DNA of 64,000 nt from a candidate division WOR-3 bacterium (GCA_039804105.1 JBDRZU010000002.1:64001-128000); one strand, 5' to 3'; positions 52,684-62,893 are shown, numbered from the stretch's first letter. The notes: generated by a model not told the origin, from the sequence alone. Program-made: numbers and translations.

Positions 52684-53338
52684 CTTTTTCTCCTATTAAA
52701 ATTTGTTTGAGTTCGAAAACATCATTTGCAAAGAATGTCGGTTTTATCAGTTTTTTTTCGTTTTCATCAATATAACCGTAGCAAACGATTATGGAATCTA
52801 TAGAGTTAAATTTTGCTCCATCAAAATCACTCTTTCTATCTCCAACCATTACAACACTTGCTTTTTCAATATTGAATCTTGTTATAATCGAATTTATTAA
52901 TTCCTCTTTACTCGCATTCGAACCATCCATTTCCGTTCCCTGAACAAATGTAAAATATTTTATAAGAGAAAAATGTTCTAAAATTTTCTGAGCAAATTTG
53001 GTTGGTTTTATAGTTGCAAGAAAAAGATTTTTCCCATCTCTCTTCAAACCATCTAAAAGTTCATAAATACCATCATACACTTTATTTTTGAACATCCCAT
53101 CTTCCTCAAATTTTTTTCTATACAAATTCACAGCAAGATCTATTTTTTCTTCGTTTTCAGTTTTTAGAACTTCTCTGTAAATTTTAAAAAGAGGTTCACC
53201 TATATATTTTTCCAACATTTTTCTTTCGATTCTTATTCCAAAATGTTGAAGTGAATAATCAAGAGAATCCACGATTCCATCTTTCGAATCAGTTAAAGTA
53301 CCATCAAGATCAAAAATTACATTTCGGTAATTTTTCAT
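52676..53338 (-). CDS. HAD-family phosphatase (phosphoglycolate phosphatase/5'-nucleotidase-like)
   Basis: FDLDGTLTDS, AT.K, VGDR..D. Confidence 0.9.
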   Translation of the reverse strand: MKNYRNVIFDLDGTLTDSKDGIVDSLDYSLQHFGIRIERKMLEKYIGEPLFKIYREVLKTENEEKIDLAVNLYRKKFEEDGMFKNKVYDGIYELLDGLKRDGKNLFLATIKPTKFAQKILEHFSLIKYFTFVQGTEMDGSNASKEELINSIITRFNIEKASVVMVGDRKSDFDGAKFNSIDSIIVCYGYIDENEKKLIKPTFFANDVFELKQILIGEKDG

Positions 53339-53883
53339 AAATTCAATCCTTCAATCAAAGTTTTATAATGTTTTATTCTTTCCTTCAACACAAGTTTTTT
53401 TAAATTTTCACTTTTAATTCTATCGTTCAAAAAACCTTCGATACTAAGATAATTTTCGAGAAAATCAAAATAGATTTTTTCTTTCTCTCTTGATGAATTT
53501 AAACTAAAAATTGAGTTCTTTAAAAGTTCATAAAGTTTTCCAACACTTTCGGTTGGATATTTCTGTTTTCTTAAAATTTTAATCATTTCAATCATTACAT
53601 TAAATTTTTCCAAATCCTTCACAACACCTTCCGGGTAAAACAGTATCTGTGCTTTTGTGACTACATTAAGTTCCCTGTTCTCTTTATAAAATATTTCAAG
53701 ATAATTAACCGAGAGTTGTTCAAGAGGTGATTGTAACCTTCTGTTCTTTCTATAAAGACCTTTCACCAAAAAATTTTTACAACCGAATATTGGTGTAAAA
53801 ACTTCTACCAATCCACTGCTCTCAAGATACTTGTTTTTTTTGAAAACGATTCCTTCAGTTTCTATATAAGAAGTTTTTATCAT
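53335..53883 (-). CDS. recO: DNA repair protein RecO, short form
   Basis: N-terminal OB-fold pattern TEGIV....Y.ES...V..FT...G....VKG; position in the phoH-ybeY cluster. Confidence 0.75.
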   Translation of the reverse strand: MIKTSYIETEGIVFKKNKYLESSGLVEVFTPIFGCKNFLVKGLYRKNRRLQSPLEQLSVNYLEIFYKENRELNVVTKAQILFYPEGVVKDLEKFNVMIEMIKILRKQKYPTESVGKLYELLKNSIFSLNSSREKEKIYFDFLENYLSIEGFLNDRIKSENLKKLVLKERIKHYKTLIEGLNL

Positions 53884-54719
53884 CTTCTAGGAAAACCTTT
53901 ACCCATAACCTCATAAACATTTGATACAACAACAAAAGCATCCTTATCTATATCCTCTATGATTTTACTTAAAATCGATATTTCTCTTCTTGCAACAACA
54001 CAGTAGAGAATTGTCTTTTCTTCCTTCGAATACATCCCTTTTCCATTGAAGCCTGAAACTCCTCTTCTGAGTTTATTTATTATTTCATTTGAAATCTCTT
54101 CTGGTTTGTTTGTAAATATGAACACTCCTTTTGCATAGTCCTGACCTTCCAATACAAGATCTATCATTTTACTTGAAAGATAAAGAGAAAGATATGAATA
54201 AAGTATAAGTTCATAACTTTTAAAAACGATTCCTGTAAGACCTATAACCATCGAGTCAACTATAAAAATCGATGTTCCTATAGAAATCGAAGTAAATCTG
54301 TTTATCATTCTTCCAATTATATCGCTTCCACCCGTTGAACCTTTACCTTTGAATACAAAACCAAGGCCTATACCTAAAATCACTCCTCCATAAAGTGTTG
54401 CAAGCAACTGGTTTCCTTCAAAAATCAAAAATTTAAAATAACTCAATATATCTGAAAAAAAACCTATCAACAGAATTGAAATCAATGTTCTTATAACAAA
54501 AAGCGTTCCAAAAAGTTTTATACTACCGATAAGCAGAGGAATGTTTAAAACTATCATAACGATTCCAAAAGGTGTCTTGAAAATATGATGTAAGACCATC
54601 GATATACCCGAAATACCCCCCGTACTGATCTTTCCAGGAACAAGGAAAAATGTGTATCCAACAGAACACAATATAATCCCTAAAGCGAGATAAAAAATAT
54701 CTTTTGAGTTTATCTTCAT
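53880..54719 (-). CDS. YitT family membrane protein
   Basis: GGISGI, LNIPL, GSTGGSDI, GMYS, DKDAFV...EV.G.GF. Confidence 0.9.
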   Translation of the reverse strand: MKINSKDIFYLALGIILCSVGYTFFLVPGKISTGGISGISMVLHHIFKTPFGIVMIVLNIPLLIGSIKLFGTLFVIRTLISILLIGFFSDILSYFKFLIFEGNQLLATLYGGVILGIGLGFVFKGKGSTGGSDIIGRMINRFTSISIGTSIFIVDSMVIGLTGIVFKSYELILYSYLSLYLSSKMIDLVLEGQDYAKGVFIFTNKPEEISNEIINKLRRGVSGFNGKGMYSKEEKTILYCVVARREISILSKIIEDIDKDAFVVVSNVYEVMGKGFPRR

Positions 54720-55930
54720 TTTTTGATCTCCTCGATCTTCACTTTTTTTACAACCATATTTTTAACTTCAAGAACTATTATTTTAATCTTATTATCAACA
54801 ATTACAATATCATTCTTTTCTGGGAATCTTTTTAAAGTGTAAACTATATAACCTGATAGGGTAGTAAAATTTTTACTTTTTATTTTCACATTATATTTTT
54901 CACAAAAATCATCTATAGAAATATAGCCGTTTTCTATACCAAGAATATTTTCCTGTTCGTCAATTTTATCATGCTCATCTTCAATATCTCCAAAAATTAC
55001 CTCTATGATATCCTCTTTTGTAATAATACCTTCAAACCCACCATACTCATCTATAACGATAGCAAAATTTTCACCAACTGAATTCATCTCATCTAAAACA
55101 CTTCCAATAGAAATAGATTCGTTTACAAATAAAGGTTTTTTTAAAATTTTTTTTATCTCAAACTCCTTTGTTTTTAAAAGATCAAAAATGTTTAGAACAC
55201 CTATTATGTTATCTATACTATCTTTATAAACTGGAATTTTTGAATATATTTTTTTTGAACCTGTTAAAATTTTTTTGAACTCTTCCTCTTTAATATCATC
55301 AGAAACCATTAAAACTTCTTTTCTTTTAACCGATATATCTTTTACCCTCATATCTTTTATTTTAAAAATCCCTTTTACGATATCCTCTTCTATGCCAGTA
55401 TTTTCATCAAAATCAAGATTTTTCATTAACAATTCTTTTATATTTTCACTTTCAAGAATCAATTTATTCAAACCTTTTTGTTCCTTTATTATGAAGATTT
55501 GGTTTATCTTAGAAATTATCTTAATCAAAGGGTAGAGTAAAAAATATAATATTTTCACAGGATAGAAAAAAATGAGAGAATAGAATTCACTCTTCTCGGA
55601 AACTAAATATTTGGGCACTACTTCCCCGAATATCATTATCAAAATGGAAATGTAAAGTGTAGAAACAAGAGGTGAAAAGTTCAAGTTTTTTTCAACAAAA
55701 AATCTTTCCATAAAAGTTGTGATCAGTATATTCGAAAGGTTGTTCGATATCAAAATCGTATAAAGATAATTTTGAGGTTTGTTTAGAAAATACAGAAGGT
55801 TTAAATACATCCTGTTCTTTTTCGATTTTATTTTTAAAAATATTTTGTTCGACGAAACGAAAGACATTTCGCTCGCCGAAAGTAAAAAAGAAAAAAATAG
55901 AAAAAGAATAGCAAAAAAAAGATTATACAT
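54716..55930 (-). CDS. CNNM(DUF21)-CBS-CorC hemolysin-like protein
   Basis: SASEMSF, FGEVVPK, IDEYGG..GIIT.ED..E.IFGDI.DEHD. Confidence 0.88.
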   Translation of the reverse strand: MYNLFFAILFLFFSFLLSASEMSFVSSNKIFLKIKSKKNRMYLNLLYFLNKPQNYLYTILISNNLSNILITTFMERFFVEKNLNFSPLVSTLYISILIMIFGEVVPKYLVSEKSEFYSLIFFYPVKILYFLLYPLIKIISKINQIFIIKEQKGLNKLILESENIKELLMKNLDFDENTGIEEDIVKGIFKIKDMRVKDISVKRKEVLMVSDDIKEEEFKKILTGSKKIYSKIPVYKDSIDNIIGVLNIFDLLKTKEFEIKKILKKPLFVNESISIGSVLDEMNSVGENFAIVIDEYGGFEGIITKEDIIEVIFGDIEDEHDKIDEQENILGIENGYISIDDFCEKYNVKIKSKNFTTLSGYIVYTLKRFPEKNDIVIVDNKIKIIVLEVKNMVVKKVKIEEIKK

Positions 55931-56840
55931 TTGTTATCTTTAAACCTTTCAAAATTTTGTACACTATATCATCTAATGTGATTATTGAAAAGAAACTATC
56001 TTCTTTGAAGATAAAAACTATGTGAATTCTCTTTTTTAAAATAAAATTTAAAACTTCACCTAACTTTTGGTCATATTCGACCCTTTCAAAATTTTTCATG
56101 TATCCATCAATAACATCTTTTTCATCTTTAAAAAGGAGATCTTTGATATATAAAACTCCAACAGGATTTTCCTTTTCAAAAACAGGTATTCTTGAAAATT
56201 TTTTTTCTTTATATAATGACAGTGCATCCTTTATAAGAGAACCTTTTTCTATCTTTACAATCTTTTCTTTTTGCGGAGCTAACTCGTAAATATTTCTATC
56301 TTTCAATTCATAATAACCCTTCAAAAAAAGATACTCATTTTCTATGCTTTCTTTATGTTCTTCAAGAAAATAGTATATCGATTCAAAATCCGTTTCAATT
56401 TTTTTCATTCTTATTTTCTTTCCTTTAACAAAAACCTTCAAAATGTATTGAAAAACCTTGAAAAATGGGAAAAAGAACAAAAAACTCTTTAAAAACATAA
56501 TTTTTTTGTAGATGGACAAAGTTTTTGGTAAAATCTCACAGAAAAAAAGGATATAAAAAAGGAGAAAGAGGATTTCAAACACCTTAAAATCTATTCTTAT
56601 TTCTACTCTACTGATAATTTTATCAAACAGTATAACTATACCAACATTAAAAAATGTGTTGAGTGAAATAAGAAAAAATAAAAGTGTATTCTTTTCTTCT
56701 GAAAGTTTTTCTAAAAAACTTATTTTTTTTGAAAATTTTTTCAGTTCAAAAGTTGACAATGAAAAGAAAGATGTTTCTATTCCAGAAATTAAAAAAGATG
56801 ACAGAGAGAAAAACAAAAAAAGTAATATATCAAACATCAA
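55923..56840 (-). CDS. CNNM(DUF21)-CBS protein lacking CorC domain
   Basis: SGIETSFFSL, CEILPK, FSRIPV, GVLYIKDL. Confidence 0.82.
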   Translation of the reverse strand: MMFDILLFLFFSLSSFLISGIETSFFSLSTFELKKFSKKISFLEKLSEEKNTLLFFLISLNTFFNVGIVILFDKIISRVEIRIDFKVFEILFLLFYILFFCEILPKTLSIYKKIMFLKSFLFFFPFFKVFQYILKVFVKGKKIRMKKIETDFESIYYFLEEHKESIENEYLFLKGYYELKDRNIYELAPQKEKIVKIEKGSLIKDALSLYKEKKFSRIPVFEKENPVGVLYIKDLLFKDEKDVIDGYMKNFERVEYDQKLGEVLNFILKKRIHIVFIFKEDSFFSIITLDDIVYKILKGLKITNV

Positions 56841-57259
56841 ACTATGAGTGAAAGATATTTTTCTTCAAGTTCAATAAATTTCTTATAATCATTTTCCCTT
56901 TTATGGTCATAACCAACAAGATGCAAAACTCCATGTATCATTCTTCTTAAAATATCTTTTTCGGTATCTGGTTTGATCTGTTCAACACATATATAAACAT
57001 CTCCAAGCATATTGTATGAATATTTTGTAAATTTCCCTTCTACAAGGGAAAATGATATCACATCCGTTGGTTTATCAATCCTTCTGTATTTTTTATTCAT
57101 CATTCTGATCTCATGTTCATCAACGAAAATGAAATTCACAATAAAACCTGTAAGACCATTTAGAAGTAAAACATCTTCTATCCAGAGTTTTAACTCCTTA
57201 ACATTTTTCTTAACTTTTTTGGGTTTTTTATAAATGTTGATTTTATTTTTTTGCAACAT
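56837..57259 (-). CDS. ybeY: rRNA maturation endoribonuclease YbeY
   Basis: PTDVISF, LGDVYI, HGVLHLVGYDH. Confidence 0.93.
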   Translation of the reverse strand: MLQKNKINIYKKPKKVKKNVKELKLWIEDVLLLNGLTGFIVNFIFVDEHEIRMMNKKYRRIDKPTDVISFSLVEGKFTKYSYNMLGDVYICVEQIKPDTEKDILRRMIHGVLHLVGYDHKRENDYKKFIELEEKYLSLIV

Positions 57260-59378
57260 AATCTATCCTCGGATGGTATATTCCTTTAAAAAATTCAAAT
57301 GAAACCTCTTTGATTTTTTCAATATCCTTTATTGTGATCTCAGATTCTATAAACTGGTTTTCCACGATCCTGTTATTTATAATCTTTTCGATAATTTCCT
57401 TTAAACTTTCATCATCGGTAATACTAATACTTCTAACAGCTGCTTCGATCGAATCGGAAAGCATCACTATCGTTTCCTCTTTACTTGAGGGTAAAGGCCC
57501 CGGATATCTGAACTGTTCTGGATTAAAGTTTTTTTTCGATTCTTTCGCTTTCTCATAAAAATATCCAACCGTTGTTGTACCATGATGTGTTATGATAAAT
57601 CTACTTATTTTTTCTGGAAGTTTGTACTTTTGGGCAAGTTTTAAGCCGTTCTGAACATGCTCTATTATTATTTCAGCAGAAATCTCATATGGAAGATTTT
57701 CATGTGGATTTATACCTTTAAATTGGTTCTCAATAAAATATTCTGGTTTTAGCATCTTTCCAATATCATGATAGTACGAACCAACACGAACGAGCAACAC
57801 ATCAGCATCTATCTCCTGTGCGATCTTTTCAGCAAGTCTGCTAACTATAATACTATGATTGTATGTCCCTGATGTTTTTTCTGAAAGTTCTTTTAAAAGT
57901 TCGTTGTTTAGATCAGCGAGTTCAAAAAGGGTAACATTCGTTAACCTCTGTAAAAAATTTTCGATATATTTTATCGTAAACATCATCAAAACAAAAGAAA
58001 GAACTGGGTTAATAAAACTGTAGACCATCGATATAAAAATGTTTGACATCGATGATTCTCTGTAAAGTTCTATGAAAAATGCCAGTGAAAGATTTATAAC
58101 AGAAATTTTAAAAACTATACCAAAAAAGTTCTTCTTCAAATTTTCATCTTTTATAAAGAATATAGAATATATCGATGAAATTAACACGGCAAGCAATCCA
58201 TACAACCTCATACCGGAATAGAGAATCAAAGATGTGAGAATAAACAGAAGTGTTATCAAAGAAAAAGTTTTACTGTAAAGCAATGATAAAAGTATTGAGG
58301 TTAAAATGAGGGGAACTATATACTCGATGTTTGGTAACTCATAGAAAAAGCCATAAACTCCAAGGTTGATAAGATAAAGTAATGAAACAAAAAGTTTATC
58401 CCTCTTTCTTAATGATAACTTTGAGAATTGTGTGTTTATGAAAACAAGATAGAGTATGAAAGAGATTACAAGTATTAAATTTTTATACAAGGTGTTGAGA
58501 ATTTTTTGTTTTAAATTCTCTTCACCTTTTAAAAATCTATTGAGTGAATAAATCTTATCCTCAACTGTCTGATCCACAACTTGGTTGGCTTTCACAATCA
58601 CTTCGCCTTTTAAAACTATTCCAACTTTTTCAGGAACTTCATTTTTTGCTTTTTCTCTTCTGAATGAGGTTTCATCCCTATCAAAGAATATGTTAGGTTT
58701 TAAAAGATATTGGAACATCTCAAGACCATATTTTAAAAGGTATGAATTACCAGAATATTTTTTTATTATCTCTTTTTTCAAATACTCGTTTGCCTGGGCA
58801 AGATCGAATATTTCATTTTCATATTTTACTGTTTCCCTGTTTGATTTTTTCAAAGAAATTTTTCTGTCTTTTCCAAAAGGTATTACACTTTTATCCCCTA
58901 TAACTCCAATTTCGAGTATCTGTTTTAAAGAAGTTTCAACAAAATTTAAAACATTCTTTGATTGATCAGAGATAAGTATATTTATCAGATCATCAGAAAG
59001 ATTTTTTATACTATCTCTTAAAACTTTTCTTTTCAAATCGTTTTTCCATATATTTTTATTTAGGGAATCAACATAATTTTTTAAAGAATTAAAATTGTTT
59101 AATATTTCAAGATTTCGATTTTCATCGTAAACAAGAACCGGTGGAGTATTATCGTATGCTCTTTCCTTCTCTTTTATAAGAATATCCTTATTTTTAATAA
59201 TGTCAAAAGTGAAAGGAGCAATTATATCCTTTGGTGAAATATCTCCCTTTTTTAACTGTGGAATTTTTGAAAAGGTTGATGGATAAAAAATATTGAAAAA
59301 AATAACAAGTATAAGTATTAGAATGATATCAAAATAGAATTTCTTGAAATTACTTTTTATTGTATGAGGAATATGCAT
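57243..59378 (-). CDS. 7TM-HD (HDIG) metal-dependent phosphohydrolase, PgpH-like
   Basis: Extracytoplasmic domain, multi-TM region, GTYNHS, YHDIGK, FIENQ, HHGT, FRYPGP, DSIEAA. Confidence 0.88.
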   Translation of the reverse strand: MHIPHTIKSNFKKFYFDIILILILVIFFNIFYPSTFSKIPQLKKGDISPKDIIAPFTFDIIKNKDILIKEKERAYDNTPPVLVYDENRNLEILNNFNSLKNYVDSLNKNIWKNDLKRKVLRDSIKNLSDDLINILISDQSKNVLNFVETSLKQILEIGVIGDKSVIPFGKDRKISLKKSNRETVKYENEIFDLAQANEYLKKEIIKKYSGNSYLLKYGLEMFQYLLKPNIFFDRDETSFRREKAKNEVPEKVGIVLKGEVIVKANQVVDQTVEDKIYSLNRFLKGEENLKQKILNTLYKNLILVISFILYLVFINTQFSKLSLRKRDKLFVSLLYLINLGVYGFFYELPNIEYIVPLILTSILLSLLYSKTFSLITLLFILTSLILYSGMRLYGLLAVLISSIYSIFFIKDENLKKNFFGIVFKISVINLSLAFFIELYRESSMSNIFISMVYSFINPVLSFVLMMFTIKYIENFLQRLTNVTLFELADLNNELLKELSEKTSGTYNHSIIVSRLAEKIAQEIDADVLLVRVGSYYHDIGKMLKPEYFIENQFKGINPHENLPYEISAEIIIEHVQNGLKLAQKYKLPEKISRFIITHHGTTTVGYFYEKAKESKKNFNPEQFRYPGPLPSSKEETIVMLSDSIEAAVRSISITDDESLKEIIEKIINNRIVENQFIESEITIKDIEKIKEVSFEFFKGIYHPRIDYVAKK

Positions 59379-60270
59379 CGATAATATCCTTTACAAGTGG
59401 ATGTCTCACAACATCTTCAGATGTTAAATGGACAAATGAAATCTCTTTTATATCCTTTACTATATCCTGTAATTCGACAAGACCTGATGATGATCTTATC
59501 GATAGATCTATCTGAGTTATATCACCTGTTATTATCGCTTTCGATCTTACTCCCAATCTTGTTAAAAACATTTTCATCTGCATCGAAGTTGTATTCTGTG
59601 CTTCATCAAGAAGAAGATAAGAATTTGAAATTGTTCGTCCTCTCATGTATGCAAGAGGAGCGATCTCAACTATTCCATCCCTTATCATCCTATCAATTCT
59701 ATCCTTATCAGCAAGATCATACAGAGCATCATAGAGTGGTCTTAAGTATGGATCTATTTTTTCCTTCAAATCACCTGGCAAAAATCCGAGGTTTTCTCCC
59801 GCTTCAACAGCCGGTCTTGTTAAAATTATTTTTGAAACATTTTTTTTCAAAAGTTCATTCAACGCTTTCGCTACTGCAAGAAAGGTTTTCCCTGTGCCCG
59901 CTGGTCCAATTGCAACAACTATATCGTATCTGTTCAAAGATTCGATATACTTTTCCTGTCCTTTCGTTCTTGCTTTTATTATCTTTTTTGGTAAATAATA
60001 AACATTTTGATCTTTTCCAAAAGAAAGATCGTTTATACTTTTTGAAATCGAACTTACAACATCAATTCTTTCGAGGTACCCTTTGTCGTTTTCAAGTTCA
60101 ATCAGTTTTGAAACTATATTCTTCAACTTTAAAAAGTTATCTTCACTTCCCTCAAAAAAATAATTTCCTTCATTAAAAATAATATTACCCTTTAAATTTG
60201 AATCTATTAAATCTTTGTAGTTAGGGTATCTGTTGAAAAATACTTTAACTTTTTCTTCTAACTGAAACAT
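59350..60270 (-). CDS. phoH: PhoH-family ATPase
   Basis: GPAGTGKT, RPAVEAGE.LGFLPG, YMRGRT, DEAQN, GD.TQ.D, VVRHPLV. Confidence 0.95.
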   Translation of the reverse strand: MFQLEEKVKVFFNRYPNYKDLIDSNLKGNIIFNEGNYFFEGSEDNFLKLKNIVSKLIELENDKGYLERIDVVSSISKSINDLSFGKDQNVYYLPKKIIKARTKGQEKYIESLNRYDIVVAIGPAGTGKTFLAVAKALNELLKKNVSKIILTRPAVEAGENLGFLPGDLKEKIDPYLRPLYDALYDLADKDRIDRMIRDGIVEIAPLAYMRGRTISNSYLLLDEAQNTTSMQMKMFLTRLGVRSKAIITGDITQIDLSIRSSSGLVELQDIVKDIKEISFVHLTSEDVVRHPLVKDIIDAYSSYNKK

Positions 60271-60277
60271 AAGATTT

Positions 60278-60302
60278 GATGGGCTGTTTTAAACAGCCCA
60301 TC
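60278..60302 (-). terminator. Stem-loop after the LysM gene, no U-tract
   Basis: gatgggctgttt-t-aaacagcccatc inverted repeat. Confidence 0.65.
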
Positions 60303-60313
60303 TAAAATTTACT

Positions 60314-60730
60314 TTATGGTCTTGGAATCGTTAATTTCCAATTTGGATATATAAGATTTGGATCCTTTATCAACCTTTTGTTTGCTCTGTAGATTTCAGG
60401 CCATCTTTTCCATCCACCTTTTCCATAGACCTCTTTGTATTCAGCAAGTTTTGAAAGCCAATCACCTGGTTTTACAATATAAAATCCTCTTGTTTCTTTT
60501 AAATTGTTAAGTTCAGCCAAGAGATTCTCTTTTTCTTTTCTTAAATTTTCAACCTCTGTCATAAGTGGGGAATGAGTATTTTTGCATTCTTCAATCTTTG
60601 CGTTTGCTGCATCAAGGCGTGCCTGTTCTTTTGCTATAGCATCAAGAACTTCTTTTTCTGTCATTGTCTGAGCAAAGATAACTGTTGAGAGGATCAACAA
60701 TAAAACGACAATAAAAAGTTTACTTTTCAT
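60314..60730 (-). CDS. Secreted coiled-coil + LysM peptidoglycan-binding protein
   Basis: Signal peptide; coiled coil; YIVKPGDWLSKLA...WPEIYRANK..IKDPNLIYP..L.IP. Confidence 0.88.
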   Translation of the reverse strand: MKSKLFIVVLLLILSTVIFAQTMTEKEVLDAIAKEQARLDAANAKIEECKNTHSPLMTEVENLRKEKENLLAELNNLKETRGFYIVKPGDWLSKLAEYKEVYGKGGWKRWPEIYRANKRLIKDPNLIYPNWKLTIPRP

Positions 60731-60742
60731 CTTTCACCTCTC

Positions 60743-60988
60743 TTATTTATAAATTTTAATCTCTTTCTTCAACTCTTCGATCTCTTTTAGAAGAGTTTCT
60801 TTCTCTTTTTTCAACTCTTGAACCTTTTTCTGACATTCAGCATACTGGGCTTCTGCCTGATCTGCCGCCATTCTTAATTCTTCAAGTTGAGAAAGTTGTG
60901 CCTGAGTGGCTTTCTTTGGACCACATCCAGTTATAAATAAAGAAACGAGAAGAAGTGATAACACCAAAACAATTAGAGTTTTCTTCAT
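60743..60988 (-). CDS. Small coiled-coil lipoprotein
   Basis: Lipobox ITG-C at residue 22; heptad coiled coil; strong SD aaggagg. Confidence 0.85.
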   Translation of the reverse strand: MKKTLIVLVLSLLLVSLFITGCGPKKATQAQLSQLEELRMAADQAEAQYAECQKKVQELKKEKETLLKEIEELKKEIKIYK

Positions 60989-61008
60989 TTAAAACCTCCT
61001 TTAAAAGT

Positions 61009-61036
61009 ATTTTATCACTTTTTTTATTTATGTCAA
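61009..61036 (-). promoter_or_regulatory. Strong sigma70 promoter of the lipoprotein-LysM pair
   Basis: TTGACA-16-(TGn)TAAAAT. Confidence 0.75.
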
Positions 61037-61042
61037 TATACA

Positions 61043-61847
<805 letters not shown>

Positions 61848-61855
<8 letters not shown>

Positions 61856-62030
61856 TCAGAATAAAATTCATCCCTGTTGAATATGGCGAAACAGAAACCG
61901 TTTTCACATTGCTACCATTACTATATGTATAACAACAACATTGGGAAACATTGAATGTGAATGTGAATGAAGCAAATACAAAAATTGAAATGAGAATCAA
62001 AGCCAAAACGATAAAAAGATTGAGTTTCAT
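61848..62030 (-). CDS. Small secreted peptide with Cys-Cys-Cys motif
   Basis: Strong SD aaggagg-ttttaATG; 20-aa signal peptide ending VFA; coupled to the next gene. Confidence 0.7.
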
Positions 62031-62063
62031 TAAAACCTCCTTTTATGTATTAAGTTTATAAAA

Positions 62064-62693
62064 TTATCTAAAAAAATCAATAGTTTTTATCCTATAATTT
62101 TTTATATTTTCAACAATGCCCTTCAATCTGTCATAGGTTATTATTTCCACAGGAAAAAATTTATCATCATACCTGTAAAAAGTTGACATGATTGTATCTG
62201 TCCCCTTTATGAAAAATATTGAATCGTAAAAAAAATTTTTATTGAAAAAAATTTTAACTTCATCAACTTTACCATTTCCTGGGGAAAAATTAAAACAGTT
62301 TTCTTTTAATGTATATTTCGTGTTTTTAAGTTTTGACATTGGGTTCAAAGTTGTCATTATTTCAAGATCTTTAAGAAGTGAAATATTTTTTTGATATATT
62401 TTTTTCCCATCCTTTTCCTCAAAAACCCCTTTTTTATTGTAACCTATAATAAAGGATTTGTTTTTATCAACAAGAAAAAGTTTTGTTGAATCTTCTGTTA
62501 AAACTATTTTCCCATTTATGTTTCCAATAACTTCTCCAGAAAACAGTTTTAAACTTTTGATGAAAAAAAATTCATAATTATAAAAATTATTTTTGTTGAT
62601 TATTGAATCGATATAAGAACCATCTGCTTTTAAAAAAAGGGATGACAAAATAAAAAAAAAGCCGGTTAAAACCGGCTTTAATTTATTCCTCAC
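62064..62693 (-). CDS. Hypothetical exported beta-rich protein
   Basis: 209-aa ORF with signal-peptide-like N-terminus; start uncertain (GTG overlapping the ferredoxin stop). Confidence 0.55.
   Translation of the reverse strand: MRNKLKPVLTGFFFILSSLFLKADGSYIDSIINKNNFYNYEFFFIKSLKLFSGEVIGNINGKIVLTEDSTKLFLVDKNKSFIIGYNKKGVFEEKDGKKIYQKNISLLKDLEIMTTLNPMSKLKNTKYTLKENCFNFSPGNGKVDEVKIFFNKNFFYDSIFFIKGTDTIMSTFYRYDDKFFPVEIITYDRLKGIVENIKNYRIKTIDFFR
62652..62680 (-). terminator. Rho-independent terminator of the ferredoxin gene
   Basis: Minus strand aaagccggtt-tt-aaccggc followed by U9. Confidence 0.8.
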
Positions 62694-62865
62694 TGATTGC
62701 CTCAGTTGGACAATTATCTATTGCTTCATCAAGGTCGCAGGAGTCAAAATCAGCATCATCTTTTACCTGTGCTTTTGAATCATCATTGAGTTCAAAAACA
62801 TCTGGACAGGTATTGATACAAACACCACAACCTATACATTTTTCCTGATCAACTTTCACTTTCAT
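62683..62865 (-). CDS. Monocluster [4Fe-4S] ferredoxin
   Basis: CIGCGVC...CPDVF ... CPTEAI; SD aaggag. Confidence 0.93.
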   Translation of the reverse strand: MKVKVDQEKCIGCGVCINTCPDVFELNDDSKAQVKDDADFDSCDLDEAIDNCPTEAISEE

Positions 62866-62893
62866 CCTAAACTCCTTTTTTAGTGTTTTTTTT

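Noticed and set aside
59397..60176. 259-aa plus-strand ORF
   Set aside because: Entirely antisense to a clear phoH; no motifs or SD; shadow ORF
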